From assembly GCF_009914755.1 (NCBI RefSeq), contig NC_060925.1: a DNA stretch of 64,000 nt; one strand, 5' to 3'. The translations under genes were made by a program, and so were the position numbers. The stretch's first letter is position 1, and each line of letters begins with the position of its first letter. Shown here one piece after another: positions 41,345 to 55,763 of this stretch. This stretch comes from the human T2T-CHM13v2.0 reference genome, Homo sapiens. Below the pieces are notes generated by a model that made no database searches, was not told where the DNA came from, and saw only the letters and a program-made list of their open reading frames with translations.

Positions 41345-42030
41345 AGAAGTTTCAACAAAGAAGGAAAATGACAAGATTTCAATAGAAAAAAAAATTGGCA
41401 AGGCAGTAAATCCATGTAAAGAAGTTACAAATGACCAATAAAATTGTAAAAGATCTTCAGCTTCATTAATAATTTTAAAATTGCAAATTGAAGTAAGATA
41501 CTACTTCCCGATAATAAATTGACAAAAAGTAAGGTCTGTTAGAACCATGGGTAACTAGGATTTGCGTCCTCGCACAATTTTGGTAGGGGTGTGTGTGTGT
41601 GTTTGTGTGTATGTGTTTAGAGACAGGGTCTCTCTTGCTCTGTCCCTGAGGCTGAGGTGCAGTGGTGTGATCATGGCTCACCACAGCCTCAAATTCCTGA
41701 ATTCCTGAGCTCAGGTGATCCTCCCACTTCAGTCTCCTGAGTAGCTAGGGATACAGGTACATGCCACCAAACTTGTTTTTTTTTTTTTTTTTTTTTTTTT
41801 TTGGTAGAGAAAAGGATCTTGCTACATTATGCAGCCAGGTATCAAACTCCTGGCCTCAAGCAATCCTCCCACTTTGGCCTCCCAAAGTGCTAGAATTACA
41901 GGAATGAGCCACCATGTCCAGCCAATTTATATAATTTTTTTAGATCCACAGACAATTTCTTATAAAATTGAAAATATAGATACACTTTGGCTTAGCAATC
42001 CTACTCTAGATAACTATCCTACAGGAGTAA
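41345..42030 (+). mobile_element. Old LINE-1 (L1ME-like) ORF2 fragments interrupted by an Alu
   Basis: caatagaaaaa...tggcaaagg, caaatgaccaataaa, tgcaaattgaa, cagcaatcctactctagataactatcct-like text at about 41990-42020. Confidence 0.5.
41590..41923 (-). mobile_element. Alu SINE (AluJ) with (TG)n tail and T26 linker
   Basis: gatcatggctcaccacagcctcaaattcctg, ctcctggcctcaagcaatcctcccac. Confidence 0.92.
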
Positions 42031-42064
42031 GACCACAAGAATTAAAACATTTCCTGCTTTCAAA

Positions 42065-42240
42065 TCACAGCTCTTCTACTTGGCCAAAGCTTTTATCTTC
42101 TCTGTAACTCAATTTCTCCATCTTTGAAATAGGATAACAGCAACTACCTCATAGGACTGTTTCCAGGATTAAATGATTTATTATATTTAAAGCACTTAAA
42201 AAGTGTGCAACATATAGAAAATATTATAGTCATTGTTATT
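42065..42240 (+). mobile_element. MIR SINE
   Basis: ctcaatttctccatctttgaaataggata...ctacctcataggactgtt...ggattaaatga...aaagcactta. Confidence 0.75.
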
Positions 42241-43165
42241 CCCATTTTCCAAATTTTCTATATTGACAATATATGCTAATTATAATAAAAAAGTATTTAA
42301 AGGAAGACAACGGCTCCCAATTATTTCTAAATGGACTATAAACCATTGGCCTAATTTAATGAGATGGAGCCACTTTTCTAATGTAGCCCTGCCTTCTCAA
42401 AGTTTTTCACTTAGGCTTTCTAATTTTCTAGCCCCACCTCTATTCCCACCCCATGCTCATCTGGTAAATTTTAAGAACTGGCTCTCAAATGAAAAAAAAA
42501 AAAATTCGTTTGAAAATTTGGGGCACTGTCAATTTCTGTGGTGTAAATACTCCCTCCATGGCTGATTTGAGCTACCAACATGACATGGTGAACATGGAGC
42601 TGATGAGGAGATGCAGAGAAGTGCAGTATTCCAGACTTTCCGTACCTCAAGAACATGGATAAGACCAAAATGTGGTGAAGAAGAATAATTGGAAAGTGAT
42701 TAATTTGCAGTATTTATTACTTTTGGTTTTAACATACTGACTTATTATATGTTCATATCATTCAATTTTTAAGAAAATTAAATTATAACTGGATCACAAA
42801 ATTCCTAGAAATTTAACAAGTGATTCTCTTAGTAAGAACAGGCTCTGGTGCATCACTGAACTCTCTGCTTCAAGAGCTCTGCACTTGTATTCCTCAATTG
42901 CATTCTCCCTTGGACTATAGCTTTGCCTCCCTCCTGGTCTGCTCCCCCATCTTCCCTCCACTGACCCCTGGCCTATCAACCCTGCAATGTCTTCTTGCAG
43001 GATGTCAGCACCCCACTGGCCCGTTCCTTGCCCGATTCTGTTAGCAATTTTGAAGAATACTATACATTTAGCAGCTCAGTATGCGTATTTTATTAACCTT
43101 ATTATTGACTATTTTGTGTATCATCCTTTCTCCCAACTCTTTCTCCCAAAGTTAGATGATATTTG

Positions 43166-43838
43166 TGTATTAGTCTGTTCTCACGCTGCTGATAAAGACA
43201 TACCAGAGGCTGGGGGTGGTGGCTCACGCCTGTAATTCCAGCACTTTAGGAGGCTGAGGTGGGTGGATCACTTGAGGTCAGGAGTTCAAGACCAGTCTGG
43301 CCAACATGGCGAAACCCCGTCTCTACTAAATATACAAAAATTAGCCGGACGTGGTGGCAGGGACCTATAATACCACCTACTTGGGAGGCTGAGGCAGGAG
43401 ACTTGCTTGAACTTGGGAGGCGGAAGTTTCAGTGAGCCAAGATCACTCCACTCCTCTCCAGCTTAGGAGACAGAATGAGACTCCATCTCAAAAATAAAAA
43501 GAAATACCCGAGACTGGGTAATTTCTGAAGAAAAGGTTTAATGGACTCACAGTTCCATATGGCTGGGGTGGCCTCACAATCACGGTGGAAGGCAAAAAGC
43601 ATGTCTTACATGGCGGCAGAAAAGCGAGAATGAGAGCTAAGAGAAAGGCCATCAGATCTTGTGAGACTTACAAAGCCACAAGATCTCATGAGACATATTA
43701 ACCATCACAAGAATAGTATGAGGGAAACCACCTCCATGATTCAGTTATCTCCCACATGGTCCCTCCCACAACACATGGGAATTATGGGAGCTACAATTCA
43801 AGATGAGATTTGGATGGGATCACAGCCAAACCATATCC
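43166..43838 (-). mobile_element. THE1 (THE1B/C-like) ERVL-MaLR solo LTR split by an Alu
   Basis: tgtattagtctgttctcacgctgctgataaagacatacc...gagactgggtaattt...ctacaattcaagatgagatttgg...cacagccaaaccatatc. Confidence 0.93.
43208..43497 (+). mobile_element. Alu SINE (AluS) nested in the THE1 LTR
   Basis: TSD aaagacataccaga (43194-43207) / aaagaaatacccga (43498-43511). Confidence 0.95.
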
Positions 43839-44109
43839 ATTGTTTTTTAAAAAGTGGTTATCCACTGAGAGAAAGGGTTGGGAGAGTGCGTATTGGTGAC
43901 TCTTTTGATAGTTCACCTCCAATGTCCACTTCACTTAGGTTAGAGAACCACTATTTTATACATTATAAATCTTAGCACAATGAATGGCCGGTATGTAGTA
44001 AGCACTCAGTAATTACTTGTAAACTGAAAATTTAAGATATTTTAATAGAAAAACTAAAACTCTAATAACTAGTAGTTAGCTGAAAATGTAGATTCCTGGT
44101 CAATGTAGG

Positions 44110-45288
<1,179 letters not shown>

Positions 45289-45551
45289 GTAGATGTTTGG
45301 CTTCTTGTACCATGTGTCCAAGAAACAACAATATGGTTGTCGTACTTGTACTGAGGTATAATCATGAGAAAACAAGTTAGCATGTCAGTATCATTCTTAT
45401 AAAAGAAATGAAATGTCTTTTATGAAGGATCTAATTCACAAGCATATTACCATTAACAGAATACAGTGGTTGATGACTATTAATGTGAAAATGACCACCA
45501 TTTGGATGTTCCTGCTGTCACCTTCTTAGAGACTTTGGGGATGGGTAAACG

Positions 45552-45580
45552 CACACACACACAAACACACACACACACAC
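45552..45580. repeat. (CA)n microsatellite
   Basis: Direct inspection, one interruption. Confidence 0.85.
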
Positions 45581-47838
45581 GAGTATAAATATAAATATAT
45601 ATAGCCAGACCATATACTTACTTTATGTAAAACAATTTTAAACTCCAAGCATGATAGCTATGAACAAACTTCATTAAAAATAGTATTTAGAGATCAAATT
45701 GTTTTACTTCTACTTACTTTGAAATAACATCATAATTAACTTTTCTCTCACGGACCTTGAGGAAAAAAAAAAAGAAGAAGGAGAAGAAGACAAACAGCAA
45801 GAGACAGCTAATGGCCTTCATATCCCCATGTAAATTTTGGCTTATATTAAAACACTCAAGGACAAGCATCAGCAGTAAATCATATAACCTACATTTCAGA
45901 ATCAAAATTGCCACCTTGCACCCTTTCTGAAATCAAAGGAGAAATTTCAGATTGTTATTTGCTCAAATCTATTTGCATTCCCTGGGCACATACCCAGGGG
46001 CAGAACTTAACCGAGAGGCATTCTCAAGCCATCCTGAAACATCCCCCCTGCAGACTGGCCACACTTGCAAACTCAAGAACTGTAGGAGTGGGTTTTTCCC
46101 TTGTAATTGGTACTTATCTTTGCCCCCAAGAAAGAAAGATATTTTTCAAGTACTCTGTATAGTAACAAAAAAAGAAAAAAAAAACTCAAATTTTTTGTTC
46201 CACTTAGCCAGCCATAAGCTTTCTGCTAATTCTCAGTCATAAATAAATAGAATTGACAAAGACATTAAAGATGGAAACAATAAAAATAGTCAGGAAGAGC
46301 AGAAAAAAAAAAGATTGCCGTGATATTCTGTCTCGTTTTGCCAAAAAGGTATTAAAGTACCAATGATATAAAAATAGGCTTGAACAATTTTTTCTAAAGG
46401 AAGGGGGTAGCTACTCCCAGACTACATAAGATGGGTGTCCTAAAGGTTTCATTGATTAGTTGATAAGTTTGCAGGTGGGTCATTAGTCAATTAGTCAGAA
46501 AGGTTTGAATTAGTTACTAGAGCTCTGCCTCCTGTGAATAAATGCGGGGAGTATTCTCTCTCCCACCCTCTGTGACAGATGATATCTGTTTTCTCCTGTG
46601 AGTTTGAATTTAAGAACCACTGAAGCTCAGCAACAGTATATTCTGGCTCAAATGAGCTGAAAATTGCATTCAATTTGAATTTCAAAAATGGAGGGGAGGA
46701 AGGGGGGAAGAAAACCTCAGCACCCATCAAGTCTCTACACTCTTCAACTACTTCCTGCTGCTTAGCTGCATTCTGCCAGGCTGGGGACCTGAAACCCAGG
46801 ATGTTGCAGGGGAAAGAGCATCGCTGGATTCCTGCCCAGTCTGAGTTTAAAAATAAACTTTTTATAGTCAGGATCAAAGCAAACCTCACTTTTACACACA
46901 TGCATAATGCAGAATGTGACCCACCAAAGAAATAGATTTACCTTTTCCAAACTGAAATTGGCCTGCTTTATTATTTTTTTTTTTTCTTTACGTACTCTGG
47001 AGGTGATAAAGGTGAAGGTGTTTTTCTTGGGAAACTCTGGAAAAGCAAATTCTTTTCTAAATTAAAATTAATTCCTCTTCAGCTCACTTAAGACCCTCAT
47101 TCCTTGTGGCTCGGTGCCCCTGCCTTCACCTGCCTCACATTACAAAGCAGACGTGTTCTTGAAAAGTTGAGCATGTAGCTATTGATTTTTCAAATCAAAT
47201 CATATTTTAAATGCTCTGAGAGAGTTGGTTATTTAAAGGAATCTTGTGATAAATTATTTTTTAAAGTCAATCTATTTCTAGTGTACAAATCATTGCCCCT
47301 TCCTGCAATGGCATAGTAAGCATGAATTTGAAGCATATCCAAGTTTTCTGAAAGCAGGGCACACCTGTAGTCCGTGAGAAGTAGATGTAGGTATCACTAA
47401 TATTTAAAACTAAACCGATGCTACGCAAAACAACAGATGATATCCCAGAATCATGTAACTGAATGATTTGGGGCCAGAACTCCATTTTATGATAGTTCAA
47501 GCTGAAGGAGAAGAGAGAACGCCAAATTCATTCCAATGGACTTCAAACATGAAAACATATTCTCCCGCTGACTACATTACTCTCAATTTGCAAATTAAGC
47601 AACCTGGGTGCCATGAAAAAGGTAATTCAACTTCTAAAGTGCCATTTTCCACACTGAAGCAGGAGTCTGCTGAATGCTGTTCAAAAATATGCCTTACTCC
47701 AAAGGGTTCACTAGCAAGTACCATTGAAAGGCATCATTGGCAGTGAGTGCACAGGGATTCCTGTGCACCTACTCTGCACTGGCCTCTGCAGCAGGAACTC
47801 AGAGTAACTAATACATCAGAGATCCTGCATTAGAGGAG

Positions 47839-47998
47839 GCAGTGGCTCTTCATCCTTCCTGAGTTACAAACCCATGTGAGGGTATGATGAATGCACAGAC
47901 ACTCTCCAACAAAAGAATCTTTACATGCTATGATCCTCGTATGATAGTCATTACAACTACAACAGAATTCATGGATGCAAGTGAAGGACCTGGGTCTA
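47839..47998. mobile_element. Possible hAT-Charlie MITE relic
   Basis: cagtggctcttcatcctt...tgagggtatgatgaatgcacagacactctcc resembles short Charlie derivatives; very diverged. Confidence 0.35.
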
Positions 47999-48399
47999 GG
48001 ATATTAATTGACTAATGGATGGTATCCTGGGAATGTTAGTATTACATAATTTCCCTTCAAAAATGGAGTGAAGTAGACAGATATCTCTAGAAAGAAATGG
48101 GTATTCAATTGGAATCTAATGGATACCATGAACTTTTAGCAAGCTCACAGAAGGTAGAATTAGAAAGAGAAGGATCCCTATCTTAAACGCAGGACAAGAC
48201 GTAAAGAAGAGTAATATTTTACTTCTTAGGCACCATCGAAAGACAAGAATTAAGAAATAGTCTGACTTTCACAACCTCAGCTTACTGGTCAGTATAGTGA
48301 ATCAATAGAAACAAGGGCAAAACCTTTCCAAAGCACCTACATGATCACTACAACACATACTTGGTAAAGTCCAATCTTCCAGAATATCCTACACATAGA

Positions 48400-48400
<1 letters not shown>

Positions 48401-48437
<37 letters not shown>
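48401..48437. repeat. A37 homopolymer
   Basis: Counted. Confidence 0.95.
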
Positions 48438-48438
<1 letters not shown>

Positions 48439-50965
48439 ACTTTAAAGGCATTTAAAATGATGTTTTTACATTTTAAAAGGCAGAATGCGGAAAACATTAT
48501 ACCTTACTATGAAATACTAGCCAACACCACAATAGTAGTCAAAGATGTCAAGAGGACACTTAACCCTCTAATGTGTATCACGTGGCATTATGTTATGTAG
48601 ATTTTAAAAGAATGTTAATATCTCCTAATCTTGTAGGGAGCAGCTTACCTTTCAAACTGCGACAGTGTTAGCGTAGGATTTTTTCCTTACATCTTCATAA
48701 TTTAATATTGTTTCATTGATGAACCAGTAAATTGTCAGCTCTATTCATTTATGTGACGTGAGCAAGGATCCAACCCAAAAAAGGAAAAAAAAAAAAAAAG
48801 TAAGGTCAATTTTCTCGGCCGCTGCATTTAATAAAATCTCCCAGGCAATAGAGTTAAGCACACATTAATAGCTATGACTTAGTATGCTCTGCCTTTAGCA
48901 AGTCTTTGATTTTCCTACACATACACTCAGGGCTGTATTAACACTCCAACGAAGGTACAGTCCTCATTTCTTATTTTAAGATTTCTTCCTTCTCAGCTTT
49001 AACAGATTTATTAATCTTCTGCTCCTCTCTTATTTATAGCAAATGCTCTGGTTAGGGTTTCAAAGCATTTTCCATTATAATACCCATATATAACTTTCAG
49101 AAAAAAACAAAATTCTTCCAAGACCAAGGGACTTTTTACTTACTTCACATTAGTCTCAAAATGTATGCATTTCTCCAAACGTGAAGGCTTTGTGTCCTAT
49201 TTCTCTGATCTTCAGAAAAAAACACAAGAGAGCGAGTAGAGAGGCTCAAGCTTTCTAAGTGGAAAAACTTGAAGCTTCTATTTTAAATAAACTCCAAGTG
49301 GGTTTTCACTAAACATACACTAATGATGTTTTAGGGAGATGTCTGTCAAAGGAAGCTACTGGGTTGAACCTCATGAAGTTGCTGTTATTCTATCAATTTC
49401 AACCTACAAAAATGGCAATTCCATATGATTTAACTTAATGCTTCTCATATCTTTACTAAAATATAAAAAGACTGTTCAGAGCAACAAAGCAATCCCTTGG
49501 ATATCCGGGGAAATTCTGTGCCGAACTTGCAGCTCAGGGGGTGAGAAGGGAGAAGAGAAGGTTGTGACCAACAGGAGGCTGGAATGCCCCTGACAGTTTG
49601 TTTGGTGCATGCCCTGGTGCAATTTATTAAGTAAAAGATGTGGAGAAAATAATTACTCGGGTGGCACCAGGCCACTTTGCATCACATCCCTTGAGGCATG
49701 AATGTGGTAACTGTAGACTTTGGGGAGTGAACACCTCAAAGAGATGCCTGTATTGCATTAGAAGACCCTCAGAGGGACCTCTAAATCTATTCACTAAAGA
49801 CACCCTTCAGACTGATAGCTTTCCCGCTTTCTTTCAAGAATGAGGTTAAAAGTAAAATGCTTGACAAATAAACTAGATTGAGGTTTCAATCCCAAATTCC
49901 CCCTACACCCAGCAATTGGAATCATATCTTGGTAATTTACTGTAATGCTAAACAGAAGCTATTTGAATACTAGAAAACAAAGGGATCATTTTAAAATAAT
50001 TTCTTGCATAAAGTGAGCTGAAGATCAACTAAGACAAGAGAACGAGGAGGTTTCTAGTGTAGGCTGGAATTTGACAGGGTCTAGAATCAAGAAAGGAGTG
50101 TGCTTTACACATAAAACTAGGATGGTGTTTCAAACACACTCATGAGAGAGACAGGAGGTAAGATGACTCAAATGTGAGAATCCAACCCTATTTATTTTCT
50201 AGGATTGTGAAGATAAGAGCCTGTTAAAAAGCTGTAATTTATATAAGTATAAAGAAACACTAGGAGAGGACCCACTTAACTGACACTAGAGGGTCAGAAG
50301 CCCAAGAAGACCTAATTTAGGTTGTTGCTTTTTTAAAAAGAAAGCACAGGACTCAGGAGGTACAAAAACAGGATTTGAATCAAGAAAAATCCTTCAGGTG
50401 CTGATTTCAACAGTTATATGGCTGCTTTCTGTGTAATATTGCTAATGCTCATAGCCAGTGTGGCCGTAGATTTCAAGTTAACATTTAAACTCTACAACTT
50501 GTCATACTCCCATTTCTGAAATGGCTGAAAATTTGAAATAACGTTAATGTTAAAACAATGGTTTTGGGAACCAGTTCTCCTTTTGATCCCACACCAACAA
50601 CTATCTCAAAGCAGAGGCATTCACCTCAGGAGATTCGGTTTGTGGGCGAGGGGAGACGGTGGGGCATTGGAAGGGTGTGTGGAATCAGTTCCTGTTACCC
50701 CTATGATTTCCTCTTATTACAAAATGCAGTATACATTTCCCCAGATAAATCTCGTTTTAAGTGGTGACAACTAATCCAGATGAAAGATTTCTTATTCAAT
50801 ACTATAGGTAATTTACTAAGAATGGGGGGAAAAAGATTGTAAACAGCCTTTAGAAGTTCAGTAACAATATGATTGAGAAGAATTTTGTGGGTAACCCAGG
50901 AAATGCACTACTATTTATCTCATTTTTTCCCTTGTCTGCAAATATTCTAAATTCCAAACAACCAG

Positions 50966-52007
50966 TTTTATTTTGTTTTATTTTATTTTCAATTTTAGAT
51001 TCAGGGGGTGCATGTGTAGGTTTGCTACAAGAGTATATTCTGCGATGCTGAGATTTGGGCTTCTACTGATCCTGTCACCCAAACAGTGAACATAGTACCG
51101 GACAGAAAGTTTTTCAACCCTTGATCCCCTCCCTCCCTCCCCTCTTTTGGAGTCCCCAGTGTCTATTGTTCTCATCTTTGTCTGTTTCTATCCAATGTTT
51201 AGCTCTCAATTGTAAGTAAGAACATGTAATATTTGGTTTTCTGTTTCTGTGTTAATTCACTTAGGATAGTGGCCTCCAGCTGCATCCACGTTGCTGCAAA
51301 GGACATGATTTCATTCTTTTTTATGGCTGCATGGTATTCCATATTCTATATGTACCACATTTCCTTATCCAGTCTTCAACTTATGGACACCTGGGTTGAT
51401 TCCATGTCTTTGCTATTGTGAATAGTGCTGTGGTATACATATGAGGGCAGGTGTCTTTTTGGCAGAATAATTTCTTTTCCTTTGAGTATATATCCAGTAA
51501 TGGGATTGCTAGGTTGAATGGTAGTTCTGCTTTTAGTTATTTGAGAAACCTCCAAACTGCTTTCCACAGAGGCTGAACTAATTTACAGTCCCACAAATAG
51601 TTATAAATGTTTCCTTTTCCCCACAACCCCACAAACATCTGTTATTTTTTCATTTTTAATAATAGCCACTCTTACTGGTGTAGGATGGTATCTCACTGAG
51701 GTTTTGACTTGTATTTCCCTGATAATTAGTGATGTTGAGCATTTTTTCATATGTTTGTTGGTCACTTGTGTGTCTTCTTTTGAGATATGTCTGTTTATGT
51801 TCTTAGCCCAATTTTTAATGGGGCCATTTGTTTTTTTCTTGTTCAGTTGTTCAAGTTCCTTGTAGTTTCTGGACATTAGTCCTTTGTAGTATGCATAGTT
51901 TACAAATATTTTCTCCCATTCTGTAGGTTGTCTCTCTTTTGATAGTTCTTTTGCTGTGGAGAAGCTCTTTAGTTTAATTAGGTCTCAGTTATCAATTTTT
52001 GTTTTTG
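50966..52007 (-). mobile_element. 5'-truncated LINE-1 (L1PA15-17-like), 3'UTR plus ORF2 C-terminus
   Basis: ORF 51601..51876 ([22 protein letters not shown]...[28 protein letters not shown]) matches the ORF2p C-terminal region; TSD aacaaccagtttta (50957-50970) / aataaccagtttta (52008-52021). Confidence 0.95.
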
Positions 52008-53687
52008 AATAACCAGTTTTAAAATGTAGACTGACACACAACTCACAACTGTTTTGTAAGCTGATGATTGCCTATCCTATGCCCAACTAATTATTAAGAT
52101 TGGGCATATAAACTTATTACAAAAAAAATACAGGATTAAGAACCATCAAGTGCAGTTGCCTGGATTTTGCATTGCAAGATTCCCAGGGTGTACTTTTCAC
52201 ATGCATTACAACGTGAATGATCTGCCCTACCATGGTTGTGTAGTATGAGAGAGGAAGAGAAAGCCTCTGGATTCTCTTTCCTATCCCAGAGAATATTTTT
52301 AAAACAAATATAGATAACTAAATTACCAGTATCCCTTCACTCACAAAGTCAGTGACCCCAAGGCAAGAGGACTTACACCATCCCTACCATCACCCTCTAC
52401 CATCACCAGCAGCTGCCTCTGCATTGTTGCAGGAACCTTCTTAGAAGGGGAATTACCTCTCTAAATACAGAGCAAGAAAGATCTGTTCTTCAGGTCTCAA
52501 ACAGGTTCTAAGAATAGATATTCCAATAAAAGGAGAAGCCACTTGGCACATAATATTCCTGAAACATGGTAGCATGACAGTGGAACCCAACCATTCACCC
52601 AGCTGTCCTTGGGGAAAAACACATTTTGAATTCCAAAACCTTAGGAGTATATCTTACTGTGAGGGTTTACCTGTAATCTACTTACTACACACACATACAA
52701 AAGCCTGAACAGCATATACTCTCAAAAAGTGAATGGATAGCAGAAGTAAAGATTTTTAAAAGGGGAAACACACATATTTCCTTTAGTCATTCTGAAGATA
52801 ACCCTAGCGTACAGCCAGGAAAAGATAAACAGAAGAAATTCCTCAGCTTTCTAGATCCCCTACCATACGTTATTCATGGGGGTTTGATTATTTGAAGATT
52901 TTTTTTCAGGATTTCAATAAAGGCAATCAGGCAGGATTATCTTGGGCAGGCACAGGATATACAAGCAAGCTACTGGATGCTGGGGAGATGTAGGGCAAAG
53001 ACAACTTCAGCTCCCCCCTGCCAGGAAACTTGCTCTATTAAGAGATAAAATGTCATGATATAATCTATGTGATGCATCTTTTGAAAAGAAAAGTGCCTCA
53101 AAGATTATGAAATAGTTTTGAGAGTGGAAAATAATCCATCAATTTAGATACAGCTTTTTCAGTGATGGGTACAATGTAAGGCTCCCTCCAGTTAAACTGA
53201 GGTCAAGCATATAATTCCAGATTTAGATCTCCCGATATTTGCCACTCTATATTTAGTCTTCACAAATTCAATAATATTGGCTACTTTCTGATGCAAACTC
53301 TGACGGAGGAAGCTTTTCTGTGAGGACAAAATATTTTTAAAATAAGAGATTTCTTCATTAAGTTGGCCAAGATCCTTGAGTCTAGCACTTTGCCAATCAT
53401 TTTCCTTCCACTTTAACGCTGGAAACATGGAAAGTTAGAAAGGAAAAGGAAGGGAAATAAATAAGAGAAGAAGACATAAATGAAAAATTAAGAGAAAAGA
53501 AATATGATGGAAAGAAACAGGAAGGTTAATAAAGAAGGAGCACATGATCTCCATTCATTCAAAGTCAGAACACTATTAATGCACCCAAAATCAAATGCAG
53601 TGCAAGTTCTTCTTGGTTTATCATCCCTTTCCCTGGAGAATGAAAGAAGGCTATGTTGATGAAGATCTTGGTGGTAATGCACTCCAA

Positions 53688-53805
53688 AGCCTTCATTTTA
53701 CCAGTAAGGAAAGGGAAGTCCTGTAAGGCAAAGTGACTTACAAAGTCATGACTAGAAGCCAGAATCACAATAGACCAGTCTAATGTTCTACCAACCATAT
53801 CTGCC
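53688..53805 (-). mobile_element. MIR SINE
   Basis: cattttaccagtaaggaaa...aagtgacttacaaagtca...tagaagccagaa. Confidence 0.6.
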
Positions 53806-55763
53806 TGAAAGTGGTAATGGCTTTTCCAAGTCTTAGACAATTGCTAATGACACCAAGAGTGAGGTAAAATGGAGATGCTTTTCTCTCTCTGGGGGAATAA
53901 CAGAGATCAACTCACAGTATTAGAACCTACAGGAACGGCTGGGCAAGGCTGCAGCTGACCCAGCTTCCAGGGTAATTTGACAGTTGGAGAATAACACACT
54001 GCAAATTTAGAGGGACAAGCTCTAAGCCCAGGTTTTTCATAATTCCAACAAACCGTCTCCAGTGGTTATTATGACATAACACTTCTGATGATTAATTAAA
54101 AGCTCTTCATTAGATCAGTCAGCTTATAATTAATAGCTCCCCCTATCTTTAATAAATAGAATGATGTGAAATAAATGAGAGCGATACCAAGGATTAGCTA
54201 AAGCCTAAACCCAAATGAAAGCACCCTCTGCTCTCAACCAAGGAGGCAAAGAAACAAAAGGGGAGGGAAAAGTGGGTTTTGTTAAACAAAGATGAGAAGA
54301 GAGAGTGCTGAGGAGGGGAATGTGGGAAGGAAGGAGGCATTTGCTCAATCAGTACCTATTTTCAGAATTTCCTTCAAGCTGGCTTGAACTGAGAGCCATC
54401 AATTATTTAAAAGATGTAACATGATGCTTCCTTTGTTGAGGCAAATCTGCAAGCAGACCCCGAGAGAAAATAAAAAATGAATTAGGCAGAATTTATTAGT
54501 GTGCTTGAAGAAAACAAAGATTTAGCTATTGGAACTGACTCTTTTAGAAATGGTTCAATTTTGTCTCCTAAAATCCACAAATCTTTCTTCCCCTCTCTAT
54601 ACCTATTTATTTATTATTTTCTACAGTAGATCACACAAAAAGAGGAATGAATCATTTTGCAAACTTCTCCTTTCTTTTCAGATTCAGCTTGATGTACTGT
54701 CTTCATTTAAATTACAAATACGCTAATCTGAAACACTGTTTACCAAGTAGCATTTTAAATGAAAAATACAAGAAATTGCATCATTCACATTTAAAAAATG
54801 ACTTTAGACTCTGCACCTCATAAAAAAGAGCCGACAGTGTTCTCTGCCTTGGCTGCTGTATTTCAGTCCAGTGAATGAAATTCAATTAGTGGGCTTTGTA
54901 CTTAGGACATTATGATTCTGATGGTTGGTCTGATCAAAACTGGTGTGCCAAGCCTCAGTTCTGTTTTTTTGGCAGACCACAGTTAAGGAAAAATTCAATA
55001 GAGATGGTTGGCAGGAGAAAAGTTAGTTTCAGAGGAGCTTACTTTTCACCATCATAAGGAAATATGGGAGGAGGAGAGCTGCTCCCTGGAACAGCTCATT
55101 ATTTACTAAATGAATGAATTAACTTTTTGAGAAACCTCAGTACCTAAGTCTGTCATTACCAGTTTTAGTACTTTCCAAAAATAGCAATTGACGTAAAATA
55201 AACCAGTACTAACTAGAACCAAGAAATCAGAGATCTAATTCATCTTTAGGTTTTGATCAGCCTCAGCTTGTGTTCCAAATGAATTGTAGAGAGACCACAG
55301 TCTTCATGATGCTATCAGAACCCTCCCAAGTAAAACCAAGCAACAGGCACCTCATAGGAAATTCCAAGCCTTTACAGTGAAGACTCAGAGTAATCATCGG
55401 TTCGAGAGGTGCTATTTATCTTTAACACTTCTGAAAACAAACCCACACACAACAAAATAAACTGGGCTGCAGCATAGGCCCTCGCATGTCTTGACCAGCT
55501 ATCTGGACCACTACACCATGATTCAGGAACACCACACCCACATCTGCATGGATCAAACAGAATGGAAAGAGCAAATCAAACTGATCATTACATGGGTCTG
55601 ATTCTTTGGCCAGCAAAAGCTGACAAGTAATAGTGAAAATTTCCAAAGGATATACAGCCATTGGTCTACTAATAATGTCGATTAATTAGCCAATTAAGAT
55701 CTGAGCATCCATTTAAATTTTAACGTTGTGTTCTCAAAACACAGACCACCCTCCCCCCATATC

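Noticed and set aside
51376-51876. ORFs with real protein similarity
   Set aside because: Frameshifted LINE-1 ORF2p remnants in a 5'-truncated copy; not functional CDS
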